Notes: a model not told the origin generated them from the sequence alone. Shown: positions 1 to 9,616, numbered from the stretch's first letter. The stretch: 64,000 nt of DNA from an uncultured Candidatus Binatia bacterium (GCA_965242525.1 OZ251459.1:3552001-3616000); one strand, 5' to 3'. Numbers and translations: made by a program.

Positions 1-2
1 AC

Positions 3-1061
3 TGGATCACTGAAGAAACAAGGAAGAAACTAGGCGCTGTCCAACATCCAATTGGAAGTATTGTCTTCGCCAAAATCGGAGCGGCGATCTTCTTGGAAAG
101 AAAGCGTCTCCTGTCACAGGGAAGCTGTATCGACAACAACATGATGGCTTTCACTCTGACGGATCATCATGCTTGCCAGCGGTTCTTCTACTATCTTCTT
201 CTCAACCTTGAACTTGGAAAGCTTGTCTCGACAACTGCACTCCCGTCGTTGTCTGGACGACAGATTGGCACGATCACTGTTCCCATACCACCTACCGATG
301 AACAACGCGCCATTGCCGAAGCCTTGTCAGAGGTGGATGATTTGCTCGCCGCTTTGGAAAAGCTGATCGCCAAGAAGCAGGCCATCAAGCAGGCCGCTAT
401 GCAGCAACTTTTAACCGGCAAGACCCGGTTGCCGGGATTCAGCGGAGAATGGGAGACAAAACAGCTAGGGACACTCGGCTTCTTCTCGAAGGGACGCGGA
501 ATCAAACGTGAGGATATTTCCAGTACAGGCTTTCCATGCATCCGCTATGGAGAATTGTACACGCGCTATAGAGACTACATTTTGAACGCAGTAGCGCGTA
601 TTCCTTCGTCTGTTGCTCAGATGGCGCTGCCGATTAAAACAGGCGATCTACTATTTGCCGGGTCGGGTGAGACATCGGAGGAAATCGGCCAATGCGCGGT
701 CTATCTTTGTGATGAACCTGGTTATGCAGGCGGGGATATTATAGTATTGACGCCCTTGGGCCAAAACTCGCTTTATCTGGGCTATCTGATGAACCGGCCA
801 GCAGTAGCAAGACAAAAAGCTCGTATGGGACAGGGAGATGCAGTCGTTCATATTAACCCTCGTAACTTGGCTCAAATTGAGATTGATCTTCCAGCATTGG
901 AAGAACAAGCCGCCATCGCCGTCGTCCTCTCCGACATGGATGCCGAAATTGCCTCCTTGGAACGGCGCCGCGACAAGATTCGCACCCTCAGACAGGGCAT
1001 GATGCAGCAACTCCTGACCGGGCGGGTACGGCTTATCGAAACATATGAGTCATGGCCATAA
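3..1061 (+). CDS. hsdS: Type I restriction-modification specificity subunit, 5' truncated by window edge
   Basis: Frame is open from base 3 (WITEETRKK...). Two conserved HsdS helical regions (IPPTDEQRAIAEALSEVD...QQLLTGKTRLPGF; PALEEQAAIA...QQLLTGRVRL) follow TRD-like segments. hsdR lies downstream. Confidence 0.93.
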   Translation, partial: WITEETRKKLGAVQHPIGSIVFAKIGAAIFLERKRLLSQGSCIDNNMMAFTLTDHHACQRFFYYLLLNLELGKLVSTTALPSLSGRQIGTITVPIPPTDEQRAIAEALSEVDDLLAALEKLIAKKQAIKQAAMQQLLTGKTRLPGFSGEWETKQLGTLGFFSKGRGIKREDISSTGFPCIRYGELYTRYRDYILNAVARIPSSVAQMALPIKTGDLLFAGSGETSEEIGQCAVYLCDEPGYAGGDIIVLTPLGQNSLYLGYLMNRPAVARQKARMGQGDAVVHINPRNLAQIEIDLPALEEQAAIAVVLSDMDAEIASLERRRDKIRTLRQGMMQQLLTGRVRLIETYESWP

Positions 1062-1214
1062 GCGCGAGAGAAAGAGACTTTCATGGAAGGGTCTCTGTTC
1101 AGGTTCGGCTAGCACCCGAGGGCGCAGACCGTTTCCGCGTCTTTATTGTTGGATAATTCCCAAACTTTACCGAAGTGAGGTTCGGACATGGAATAGGGAC
1201 AGATTCGTGAATTT

Positions 1215-1499
1215 TTGAATGAAAAGCTGATCGCCTACTTGAAGCAGAAAAGGGAGAATGATATGCTGAATAATCAGGTCTCGCTGAAGATCAAACTTTT
1301 AGAGTGGAGGAACAATTTGGCAAAACTCTTTGCTCGGATAATTCCAAAGTCCGATAACAACTTGAAATTGATCGTTATTCTAGCAACCTTGTTTATGACA
1401 TTTTTGCTGATTCAAGGCGGGGCAACTGGCTTTGGAATGGGATACTGGTTTGCAGCGGTGATTTTTCTGATTACGAACTTATTGTCTAAGATTCGTTAG
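1215..1499 (+). CDS. Small AT-rich putative membrane protein (two C-terminal TM helices); start may be ATG 1263
   Basis: Hydrophobic segments LIVILATLFMTFLLIQGG and YWFAAVIFLITNLL; DNA is markedly AT-rich compared with the rest of the window. Confidence 0.45.
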   Translation: MNEKLIAYLKQKRENDMLNNQVSLKIKLLEWRNNLAKLFARIIPKSDNNLKLIVILATLFMTFLLIQGGATGFGMGYWFAAVIFLITNLLSKIR

Positions 1500-1572
1500 A
1501 GCATCCACGGTAACGAAGGCAATAGGCAGTGATTGCAGAAGATCAGGGAATTGGCAGGCGGGAGAGTCGTCC

Positions 1573-3120
1573 ATGATCGAGCAACGCTTCCGCACCCTCG
1601 GGGAACAGTTGCAGGGCAAGAAGCCACACCTGCCGCACTTCCTGGCGGAGATCCACTTGCAGGGCATTCGCGGCATCGACGACCTGCGGGTGGTGTTCGA
1701 CTACCCGGTGAGCGTCATTGCCGGCGGCAACGCCAGCGGCAAATCGACGGTGCTGTTCGCGGCCGCCTGCGCCTACAAGGTGCCGGGCGCGGGGGTCAAG
1801 GACTTCGTGCCGTCCACGCTGTTTCCCGATTACCGTCCCAGGGTAGGCGCACGCGAGGACGAAAAGGGCGAAGTCCTCATGGAGTTCGACTACGCCACGC
1901 CCGACGGGCGGCGGTCCATGCGCTGGCGGCGCGCCAAGGGGTGGAACCGCAGCTTCCTTGGCCGCAAAGACGCGCGCCAGCCGGAACGCCCCCTCTATCT
2001 CAGGACACTCAGCAATCTCAGCAACCCGTCCGAAGTGCGCGGCGTGCTCAGCCTGTCGCGCCTGAATGCCGCGCCGCGGGAAACTCCGCTGACGGCCTCG
2101 CAGATCGAGTTCGCCCAACAGATGCTTCCCTTCAGGTACGCGGAGGTCGTCAACCTGTCCAGCGGCAGCAAGAACCTGCTCTTTGCCGCGCAGGAAGGCG
2201 GCGCCGCGTACTCGGAACTGCACATGGCCGCTGGCGAGCGCGCCATCCTGCGGCTGTCGCAGGAAATCGCCCAACTCCATGGCGCCCTGGTCCTGATCGA
2301 CGAGGTGGAGGCCGGGCTGCACCCCTGGGTGCAACAGCTTCTCATGTTGCAGTTGCAGCAGCTCGCCCTGCGCAACGACCTGCAAGTCATCGTCACGTCG
2401 CACAGCCCGGTGGTGCTCGACTCGGTGCCCGCCCACGGACGTATCTTCCTGGAACGCGACGAAACGGGCCGGGTCACGGTGCTGCCGGCCTTTCGGGACG
2501 TGGTGCAGGACGCGCTATATGGACGCTCGGGCGACGCCCTCAACCTGTTGTGCGAGGACGACGCCGCGGAAGGCATGCTGCACGGCGTTTTCGACGCCCT
2601 GCTTCCCCGCCAGAGAATCAGGCCAGAGTCCGTTCGGATCAGACGAAACACGGGCGCCGGCGAATTCCCGACGCACGCCAGGGCGTTCAGAAAGTTCGGC
2701 CAGATCCGGAACTTCGTCTTCGTGCTGGACGGCGACAAGCGGGACAGCGGCATCGAACCGCGGATACGAGAGAGCGCCGGCATCGAGGTGCCGATCCTGT
2801 TCCTCCCCGGCCGAGACGCGCCGGAAGTCTGGATATGGGACAGGTTGCGGAGGAATACGGACGCCGCGGCCGGGATCGGTCTCGCCCCGGGTGACCTGTC
2901 CGAGCACATGGTCCGGCTGGACTCGGTTTACGATTCGGCGTCCGACCGGCCGTCGGAGATCGCCAAGTCCAAGCTCCGCAGCCTGTCCGAAGCCTTGGAC
3001 TGGAAAGTACCGGACGTATGCCGTGTGGTTGCCCGGCTGGAAGCCGGCCGCAAAGAGAGCGACATCCAGCCCTTGGTGGAAGGGTTGCAGGGCGCGTTAC
3101 TGCAATGGCGGGCAGAGTAG
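1573..3120 (+). CDS. ABC-type ATPase fused to a TOPRIM-like nuclease domain (OLD-like ATP-dependent endonuclease)
   Basis: Walker A GGNASGKST, signature-like HMAAGE, Walker B LIDEVEAGLHP, H-loop TSHSP; C-terminal LLCEDD and VLDGD acidic motifs typical of TOPRIM; GGGAGAG RBS. Confidence 0.75.
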   Translation: MIEQRFRTLGEQLQGKKPHLPHFLAEIHLQGIRGIDDLRVVFDYPVSVIAGGNASGKSTVLFAAACAYKVPGAGVKDFVPSTLFPDYRPRVGAREDEKGEVLMEFDYATPDGRRSMRWRRAKGWNRSFLGRKDARQPERPLYLRTLSNLSNPSEVRGVLSLSRLNAAPRETPLTASQIEFAQQMLPFRYAEVVNLSSGSKNLLFAAQEGGAAYSELHMAAGERAILRLSQEIAQLHGALVLIDEVEAGLHPWVQQLLMLQLQQLALRNDLQVIVTSHSPVVLDSVPAHGRIFLERDETGRVTVLPAFRDVVQDALYGRSGDALNLLCEDDAAEGMLHGVFDALLPRQRIRPESVRIRRNTGAGEFPTHARAFRKFGQIRNFVFVLDGDKRDSGIEPRIRESAGIEVPILFLPGRDAPEVWIWDRLRRNTDAAAGIGLAPGDLSEHMVRLDSVYDSASDRPSEIAKSKLRSLSEALDWKVPDVCRVVARLEAGRKESDIQPLVEGLQGALLQWRAE

Positions 3121-3278
3121 CAGCCTGAGTCCGGCTCACGCCGGGCACAAGCGTTTCCTGGTATCGCGGCAGCTTGTCCTCTGATGCCTTGATCCGCCTT
3201 TAGCAGATTCGTCAATGTTGTGGGATACTGGAGACTATCCGGAAGGCTTTCGATTCAGACTATGAATGGCCTCAGAAC

Positions 3279-4427
3279 ATGATTCCTCTCCGCATCTTCA
3301 TCAGCAGTGTACAAAACGAGTTTGCGCAGGAGCGCGAAGCGTTGCGCGACTACTTGCGCGAGGATGCGGGGCTGGACGACCTCGACTCCGAGTGGATGAC
3401 CCTCTTTGTCCGTACCGCGCGCAGAGCCAGAAAATTTCCGCTGCCGGAGGACGTGCATCCCGAGGGATTGCTGAAGCATCTGAACCTGCTGAACAAGGGG
3501 CGGTTGACGAATGCTGCCGTATTGTTGTTCGGGAAGTCGCCCCAACGGTTCCTGATCTCCTCCGAGATCAAGTGCGCGCACTTTCACGGAACCGAGGTCG
3601 AAAAGCCGATCCCTTCGTATCAGGTTTACAAGGGCACGGTGTTCCAACTGGTCGATCAGGCCGTGGATTTCGTGCTCGGCAAGATCGATAGAACGGTAGG
3701 CACGCGGTCGGAGAGCGTCCGTGCGCCCAGGACTTACGAAATCCCGCCGGAGGTCGTCACCGAGGCCGTCGTCAACGCGGTAGCGCACCGCGACTACACG
3801 AGCAACGGCAGCGCACAGGTGATGCTTTTTTCGGATCGCCTGGAGGTTCGGAACCCTGGCCGGTTGTCGTCGCCGCTGACCTTGGAGGAGCTGCGCGTTG
3901 CGCACAACTCGGTGCCTGTCAATCCCCTGCTGGCGGAGTCCTTGTACCTCGCCGAATACATCGAGCGAATGGGAACGGGAACGCTGGACATGATCCGCCG
4001 GTGCGCCGCGGCGGGTCTCCCGGAACCCGAGTTTGCCGTCACTGATGGATTCGTGACGACCCTCCGGCGGGCGTTGCTTGCGGAACGTATAGAGGGGCAA
4101 GGCAGCCAGACAGGGGGGCAAGCAGGGGGGCAAGCAAGGGGGCAAGCAAGGGGGCAAGCAGGGGGGCAAGCAGCACTGTCCGCCAGAGATGCAGCGATAT
4201 TGGAATCGTGCAGCAAAGGACCCGCTACGAGTCGAGAGTTGCAGGCTGCGGCCGGCTACTTCGATCGAACGCGCAGCTTCGAGCAACGCTTGTCACGCCT
4301 TCTAAAGGAAGGATTATTGGCAATGACCGTTCCCGACAAGCCAAGAAGCCCTCTGCAGAAGTACTGTCTGACCACCAAGGGGAGAGCAGCATTGGCGATG
4401 ACAGAGAAAGGAAGTGCGGAGACGTGA
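3279..4427 (+). CDS. HATPase_c_4 (RecG-C-like) plus C-terminal winged-helix protein; N-terminal DUF4062 domain apparently truncated by an internal deletion
   Basis: N-terminus LRIFISSVQNEFAQEREAL resembles the start of DUF4062; EAVVNAVAHRDY, DRLEVRNPG, NPLLA, IERMGTG are HATPase_c_4 motifs; PDKPRSPLQKY at the C-terminus. Confidence 0.7.
   Translation: MIPLRIFISSVQNEFAQEREALRDYLREDAGLDDLDSEWMTLFVRTARRARKFPLPEDVHPEGLLKHLNLLNKGRLTNAAVLLFGKSPQRFLISSEIKCAHFHGTEVEKPIPSYQVYKGTVFQLVDQAVDFVLGKIDRTVGTRSESVRAPRTYEIPPEVVTEAVVNAVAHRDYTSNGSAQVMLFSDRLEVRNPGRLSSPLTLEELRVAHNSVPVNPLLAESLYLAEYIERMGTGTLDMIRRCAAAGLPEPEFAVTDGFVTTLRRALLAERIEGQGSQTGGQAGGQARGQARGQAGGQAALSARDAAILESCSKGPATSRELQAAAGYFDRTRSFEQRLSRLLKEGLLAMTVPDKPRSPLQKYCLTTKGRAALAMTEKGSAET
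4111..4170 (+). repeat. Five tandem 12-bp repeats CA(G/A)GGGGGCAAG encoding a (G/R)GQA linker
   Basis: Direct reading of the sequence. Confidence 0.9.
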
Positions 4428-4461
4428 GCCCTGTGGGATCAGCATGGCATTTGCCAGACGC

Positions 4462-4666
4462 AGAGAGCGACGTCCAGCCCTTGGTGGAAGGATTGCAGGG
4501 CGCTTACTGCAATGACGGGCAGGGTAGCGGTCTGTGGGCCATGCCAAGGGCCAAGCTGGGGGCCATGCTGATCGAAGCAGGGTGCAAGCAGGGAGGGCAA
4601 GTAGGGGTGCAAGCTGACTTGACGGACAGAGATGCAGCGATACCGGAATCGGGCGCGAAGGACCCC
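4462..4666 (+). pseudogene. Degenerate copies of the 3' end of the ATPase gene and of part of the HATPase gene
   Basis: 4462-4528 is near-identical to 3054-3121; about 4590-4666 resembles 4160-4225. Confidence 0.75.
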
Positions 4667-4717
4667 CTGCGAAGCGAGGGTTACGGGCGCGGCCGGGGCT
4701 TTGGCGGGTAGAGTAGC

Positions 4718-4939
4718 ATGGCCATAAACGAAGACCAGAACATTGAATGGAAGATGTCGTGGCGTGACGAGTACCTGAAGTGGATCTGCGGGTTCGCCAA
4801 TGCGCCGGGCGGCGTGCTGGAGATCGGCAGGAACGACCGGCGCGAAGTCCTTGGGGTGAATTTGGACAGGCTGCGGGCCGCGGGAGTCATCCGGCACGTC
4901 GGGGCGACCAAGGCCGGGCGCTGGGAGATGCTGAAGTGA
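4718..4939 (+). pseudogene. Internally deleted AlbA_2/Schlafen-like ATP-binding gene (N-terminus joined to C-terminal wHTH)
   Basis: EDQNIEWKMSWRDEYLKWICGFANAPGGVLEIG (AlbA_2 start) is joined directly to LRAAGVIRHVGATKAGRWEMLK (typical wHTH end); only 73 aa. Confidence 0.7.
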
Positions 4940-7900
4940 GCACCGTCGGCCAGCGGGAGATCCACACGCAGAGGCAAACGGTCGCGTTCTTCCGGGACGC
5001 GCTCGGCTACGCCTTCCTCGGCAACCGGAAGGACCGCCCCGGCAACGGCAACGTCGAGGAAGCGCTGCTCACCGGCTTCCTCGAACGCCGGGGGCATGAC
5101 GGCAGGATCATCGGCAAGGCGCTGCGCGAGCTGCGCAAGGCCGCGGCGCTCGGCGGCGGCAAAACCCTCTACGACGCCAACCGCGAGGTTTACGGCCTGC
5201 TCCGCTACGGGGTGAAGGTCCGGCCGGACACCGGCGGGCCGCACGTCACCGTCTGGCTCATCGACTGGTCGAACCCCGACGACAACGACTTCGCCGTGGC
5301 CGAGGAGGTGACCGTCGCCGGGGAGAAGAACACCAAGCGGCCCGACTTGGTGCTGTACGTCAACGGCGTTGCCCTGGGGGTGCTGGAGTTGAAGCGATCC
5401 ACGGTGTCGGTCGGCGAGGGCGTCCGCCAGAACCTCGACAACCAGAAGCCGGAGTTCATCCGGCCGTTCTTCGCCACCGTGCAGCTCCTCATGGCCGGCA
5501 ACGACACCGAGGGGCTGCGCTACGGCGTGGTCGAGACGCCGGAAAAGCACTGGCTCCGCTGGAAGGAAGCCGACGCCCACCCGGCCGCGGGCGGCAACCC
5601 GATGCTGCGCGAGCTTGGCCAACTCTGCGCCAAGCCGCGGCTGCTGGAGATCGTGCACGACTTCATGGTCTTCGACGCGGGCGTCAAGAAGACCTGCCGC
5701 CACAACCAGTACTTCGGGGTGCGGGCCGCACAGGCGCGGGTCCGGAGCCGCGAGGGCGGCATCGTCTGGCATACCCAGGGCAGCGGCAAGAGCCTCACCA
5801 TGGTGTGGCTGGCCAAGTGGATCCGCGAGCACGTCGAGTCTGCCCGGGTGCTGCTGGTTACCGACCGTACCGAGCTGGACGAGCAGATCGAGAAGGTCTT
5901 CAAGGGGGTGGACGAGGACATCCACCGCACCACCAGCGGCACGGACCTGGTGCGGGCGCTCAACGCCGGCGACCGGTGGCTGGTGGGGTCGCTGATCCAC
6001 AAGTTCGGTGTGTCCGAGGAGGCCAGCGACGAGGACGTGGAGACCTACCTCGACGAGGTCCGCAGGAGCCTGCCCAGAGGCTTCCACGCCAAGGGCGAGC
6101 TGTTCGTGTTCGTGGACGAGTGCCACCGGACCCAGTCGGGGAAGCTCCACGGGGCGCTGAAGAAACTGCTGCCGGACGCCATGCTCATCGGCTTCACCGG
6201 GACGCCGCTGCTCAAGGGCGACAAGCAGCGGAGCATCGAGACCTTCGGGTCGTACATCCACACCTACAAGTACGACGAGGCGGTGAGCGACGGCGTGGTG
6301 CTGGACCTGCGCTACGAGGCGCGCGACATCGACCAGCGCCTCACCTCGGAGGACAGGATCGACCAGTGGTTCGAGGTCAAGACCCGGGGACTGACCGACG
6401 TGGCCAAGGCCCAGCTCAAGCAGCGCTGGGGCACCATGCGCAAGGTGCTGAGCTCACGGGACCGGCTGGAAAAGATTGTCGCCGACGTCCTGCTCGACAT
6501 GGAGACGCGGGACCGCCTCCAGAGCGGACGCGGCAACGCCATGCTGGTCTCCGACAGCATCTACTCGGCCTGCCGCATCTACGAGATGTTCGACAAGACC
6601 GACCTGAAGGACAAGTGCGCCATCGTCACCTCCTACAGGCCCATGGTCTCGGACATCAAGGGCGAGGAGACCGGCGAAGGACGCACCGGCAAGCTGCTCC
6701 AGTACGACGTCTATCGAAGGATGCTGGCGGCGCACTTCGACGAGCCGGAAGAGACGGCGATGCACAAGGTCGAGCGCTTCGAGCAGGAGGTGAAGCGGCG
6801 TTTCGTGGAGGAGCCGGGGCGGATGAAGCTCCTCATCGTGGTGGACAAGCTGCTGACCGGCTTCGACGCGCCGCCGGCCACCTGCCTCTACATCGACAAG
6901 CCCATGCGGGACCACGGCCTGTTCCAGGCCATCTGCCGGGTCAACCGCCTCGACGGCGAGGACAAGGAATACGGCTGCGTCATCGACTACAAGGACCTGT
7001 TCCGGTCGCTGGAGCAGTCCATCGAGGACTACACCGGCGAGGCGTTCGACGGCTACGACGCCGAAGACGTGAAGGGTCTGCTCAAGGACCGGCTGCGAAG
7101 CGGGCGGGAGCGGCTGGAGGAGGCGCGGGAGGCGGTGAAGGCGCTCTGCGAGCCGGTGGAGCCGCCGCGCGACAGCGCCGCCTACCTGCGCTTCTTCTGC
7201 GCCGCGGAGGGCGGCGGCCACGCGCAACTCAAGGACAACGAACCCAGGCGCGTGGCCCTCTACGAACTGACCGTGGCGTTCCTGCGGGCCTACGCCAACC
7301 TGGCCAACGAGATGCAGGAGGCCGGGTACTCCGAGGCCGAAGCGCGGGAGGTCCGGGCCGAGGCGGACCACTACGAGAAGGTGCGCCTGGAAGTCAGGCT
7401 GGCCAGCGGCGACTACATCGACATGAAGCTGTACGAACCGGCCATGCGGCGCCTGCTCGACACCTACATCCGGGCCGAGGAGAGCGAACGTTTCTCGGAC
7501 TTCGACGACCTGACGCTGGTGCGGATGATCGTCGAGCGAGGGGCGGCCGCGGTGGAGTCCCTGCCCGCGGGCATCCGCCGGAACCCCGAAGCGGTGGCCG
7601 AGACCATCGAGAACAACGTCCGGCGGATCATCATCGACGAGATGGCCGTCAACCCGAGGTACTACGAGAAGATGTCGGAGTTGCTGGACGCCCTGATCCG
7701 CCAGCGCCGGCAGGAGGCCATGGACTACAGGGAATACCTGGCCAAGGTCGTCGCCTTGACGAAACGGGTCCACACGCCGGAGACCGGGGCGTCCTACCCT
7801 CCGAGCATCCACACCGCGGCGCTTCGGGCGCTCTTCGACAACCTGGAGGACCCGCAGTCTCCGTTGACGCTGGACCCGCCGGCGCCCTACGACCACAAGC

Positions 7901-8091
7901 CGCCTGCGGATACCAGGGAGGCGAAAGCGCTCGCCCTGGACCGGGCCGTCCGCGGCGTCAAGAAAGCGGACTGGCGGGGAAACCGGTTCAAGGAGATCGA
8001 GGTCCGCAACGCCATCCAGTCGGTGCTGGACGGCGACGATGGACTGGTGGACAGGATGTTCGACATCGTGAAGGCCCAGCGTGACTACTGA
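4936..8091 (+). CDS. hsdR: Type I restriction endonuclease subunit R
   Basis: Nuclease RPD...ELK, Walker A HTQGSGKS, DECH, GFTGTP, LLTGFDAP, QAICRVNR; GTG start overlaps the upstream TGA (GTGA). Confidence 0.95.
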   Translation: MSTVGQREIHTQRQTVAFFRDALGYAFLGNRKDRPGNGNVEEALLTGFLERRGHDGRIIGKALRELRKAAALGGGKTLYDANREVYGLLRYGVKVRPDTGGPHVTVWLIDWSNPDDNDFAVAEEVTVAGEKNTKRPDLVLYVNGVALGVLELKRSTVSVGEGVRQNLDNQKPEFIRPFFATVQLLMAGNDTEGLRYGVVETPEKHWLRWKEADAHPAAGGNPMLRELGQLCAKPRLLEIVHDFMVFDAGVKKTCRHNQYFGVRAAQARVRSREGGIVWHTQGSGKSLTMVWLAKWIREHVESARVLLVTDRTELDEQIEKVFKGVDEDIHRTTSGTDLVRALNAGDRWLVGSLIHKFGVSEEASDEDVETYLDEVRRSLPRGFHAKGELFVFVDECHRTQSGKLHGALKKLLPDAMLIGFTGTPLLKGDKQRSIETFGSYIHTYKYDEAVSDGVVLDLRYEARDIDQRLTSEDRIDQWFEVKTRGLTDVAKAQLKQRWGTMRKVLSSRDRLEKIVADVLLDMETRDRLQSGRGNAMLVSDSIYSACRIYEMFDKTDLKDKCAIVTSYRPMVSDIKGEETGEGRTGKLLQYDVYRRMLAAHFDEPEETAMHKVERFEQEVKRRFVEEPGRMKLLIVVDKLLTGFDAPPATCLYIDKPMRDHGLFQAICRVNRLDGEDKEYGCVIDYKDLFRSLEQSIEDYTGEAFDGYDAEDVKGLLKDRLRSGRERLEEAREAVKALCEPVEPPRDSAAYLRFFCAAEGGGHAQLKDNEPRRVALYELTVAFLRAYANLANEMQEAGYSEAEAREVRAEADHYEKVRLEVRLASGDYIDMKLYEPAMRRLLDTYIRAEESERFSDFDDLTLVRMIVERGAAAVESLPAGIRRNPEAVAETIENNVRRIIIDEMAVNPRYYEKMSELLDALIRQRRQEAMDYREYLAKVVALTKRVHTPETGASYPPSIHTAALRALFDNLEDPQSPLTLDPPAPYDHKPPADTREAKALALDRAVRGVKKADWRGNRFKEIEVRNAIQSVLDGDDGLVDRMFDIVKAQRDY

Positions 8092-8092
8092 G

Positions 8093-8314
8093 GGAAACCC
8101 GGAATCATTTCGGTTCGAGTTCCCTCGCTCCATGGGAAAGCGCGTCCTTCGACTTCGGGAACCTCTGGACAATCAGGGCAGGACGCACTTTCCCATAGGG
8201 AGAGGCGCCTCGATCCGGAATTGATCAGAGGTTCCTGTAATGGATGCCTCCAAGGAAGATACAACTACGCTCAGGACGAACGGAGATGAACGGAGGTAGT
8301 CGTTCAGGGTTTAC
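8093..8314. mobile_element. Composite MITE (family A) with a nested second copy at 8158-8235
   Basis: Outer ends GGAAACCCGGAATCATT / GTCGTTCAGGGTTTAC flanked by TGAG/CGAG; inner ends GGAACCTCTGGACAATC / ATTGATCAGAGGTTCC. Confidence 0.7.
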
Positions 8315-8333
8315 CGAGGGCGAGGACGGCCGC

Positions 8334-9107
8334 ATGGACATCGACAGGACGCGGCGGTTCGAGGAGCAGGGCGGGGCCGCGGAGGTCGAGGACGGCTCCA
8401 TGGACATCGGCGGGACGCCGGTGGAGGTGGTCCGCAAGGACATCAGGAACCTGCACGTGGGCGTGTACCCGCCGAGGGGCCGGGTGCGGGTGGCGGCGCC
8501 GCTGCGCCTGGACGACGAGGCCGTGCGCTTGGCGGTCGTGGCGCGTCTGGGCTGGATCCGTCGGCGGCAGGCCGAGTTCCAGCGGCAGGACCGCCAGTCC
8601 CGCCGGGAGTTCGTGACCGGCGAAAGCCATTACTTCGAGGGGCGGCGCTACCGGCTCGACGTGACCGAGCGCCCCGGCCCGTCGACGGTCCGTTTGCTGG
8701 ACAACACGAGGATGATGCTGCGGGTTCGCCCGGGCGCCGGACGAGACACCCGGGAGGCCATCCTGCATCGCTGGTACCGCCGTCGGCTTCGCGGCCGGTT
8801 GCCGGCCCTCCTCGCCAAGTGGGAGCCGCGCGTGGACGTGCAAGTGGCCGAGGCGCGCATCAAGAGGATGAAGACCCGCTGGGGCACGTGCAACCGGGAC
8901 GCCCGCCGCATCTGGCTGAACCTGGAGCTGGCGAAGAAACCCGCGCCCTGTCTCCAATACGTGGTGCTGCACGAGATGGTCCACCTGATCGAGCCGCGTC
9001 ACGACGACCGTTTCCGGGGCCTGATGGACAGGCTCATGCCCCGGTGGCGCCTGCACCGGGACCGCCTCAACCGCACGCTGCTCGCTCACGAGGACTGGCG
9101 TTACTGA
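8334..9107 (+). CDS. YgjP-like (DUF45/M48-type) metal-dependent hydrolase associated with type I RM; alternative start 8400
   Basis: HEMVH zinc motif, MKTRWGTCN, IWLNLELAK; usual position after hsdR. Confidence 0.85.
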   Translation: MDIDRTRRFEEQGGAAEVEDGSMDIGGTPVEVVRKDIRNLHVGVYPPRGRVRVAAPLRLDDEAVRLAVVARLGWIRRRQAEFQRQDRQSRREFVTGESHYFEGRRYRLDVTERPGPSTVRLLDNTRMMLRVRPGAGRDTREAILHRWYRRRLRGRLPALLAKWEPRVDVQVAEARIKRMKTRWGTCNRDARRIWLNLELAKKPAPCLQYVVLHEMVHLIEPRHDDRFRGLMDRLMPRWRLHRDRLNRTLLAHEDWRY

Positions 9108-9125
9108 AACGCTGAACGATTATCC

Positions 9126-9200
9126 CCGTTCATCCTGAGCGTAGCGAAGCGAAGTCCTCCGTTCATCCTGAGCGTAGCGAAGCGAAGTCGAAGGACGCGC
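9126..9200 (+). repeat. Two tandem copies of dispersed REP-like motif A (CGTTCRTCCTGAGCGTAGCGAAGCGAAGTCGAAGGACGCG)
   Basis: Same motif at about 15 loci: 25685, 25980, 27896, 34865, 35683, 36148, 40173, 40274, 43438, 44549, 44809, 48045, 51357, 62722. Confidence 0.9.
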
Positions 9201-9616
9201 TCCGGGAGTCGGCGAGGGCTTCGAGACCCGTCGGTCGCGCCGCGGCTATATGGCGAGCGCGCCAAAGAACAACAGCAGGTTCTCCATGCCCGTTCCCTCC
9301 CTTCCTTGTGCATCACCATCACCGCCTGGCGGCGCGCCACCCCGCCAGCCGCCGCCAGTAGCCGCCCGCCCAGGTCATCCCCACGCCGCCCCCCGATGGT
9401 GTCAGCAGCAGGAGGCAGTCAGCGGCGGGGGCAACTGGCCGAAGCGAAGGAGCCGAACGCCTGAGCGCCTCCCGTTTCTCAGCACTTTTTACCCCCTGTT
9501 TTTGCCGACATTTTCAGCCGTTTCCCGCCCATTTCTCCCCGTTTTTTGCCCGAAACCGTCACTATTCTTGTCTCCCGCCCTTCCCTCGATCCCCCACGAT
9601 TCCCCAACCCCCAACG

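Noticed and set aside
1573-3120. Assignment to Gabija, Septu or a retron system
   Set aside because: No UvrD-like, HNH or reverse transcriptase partner gene is adjacent
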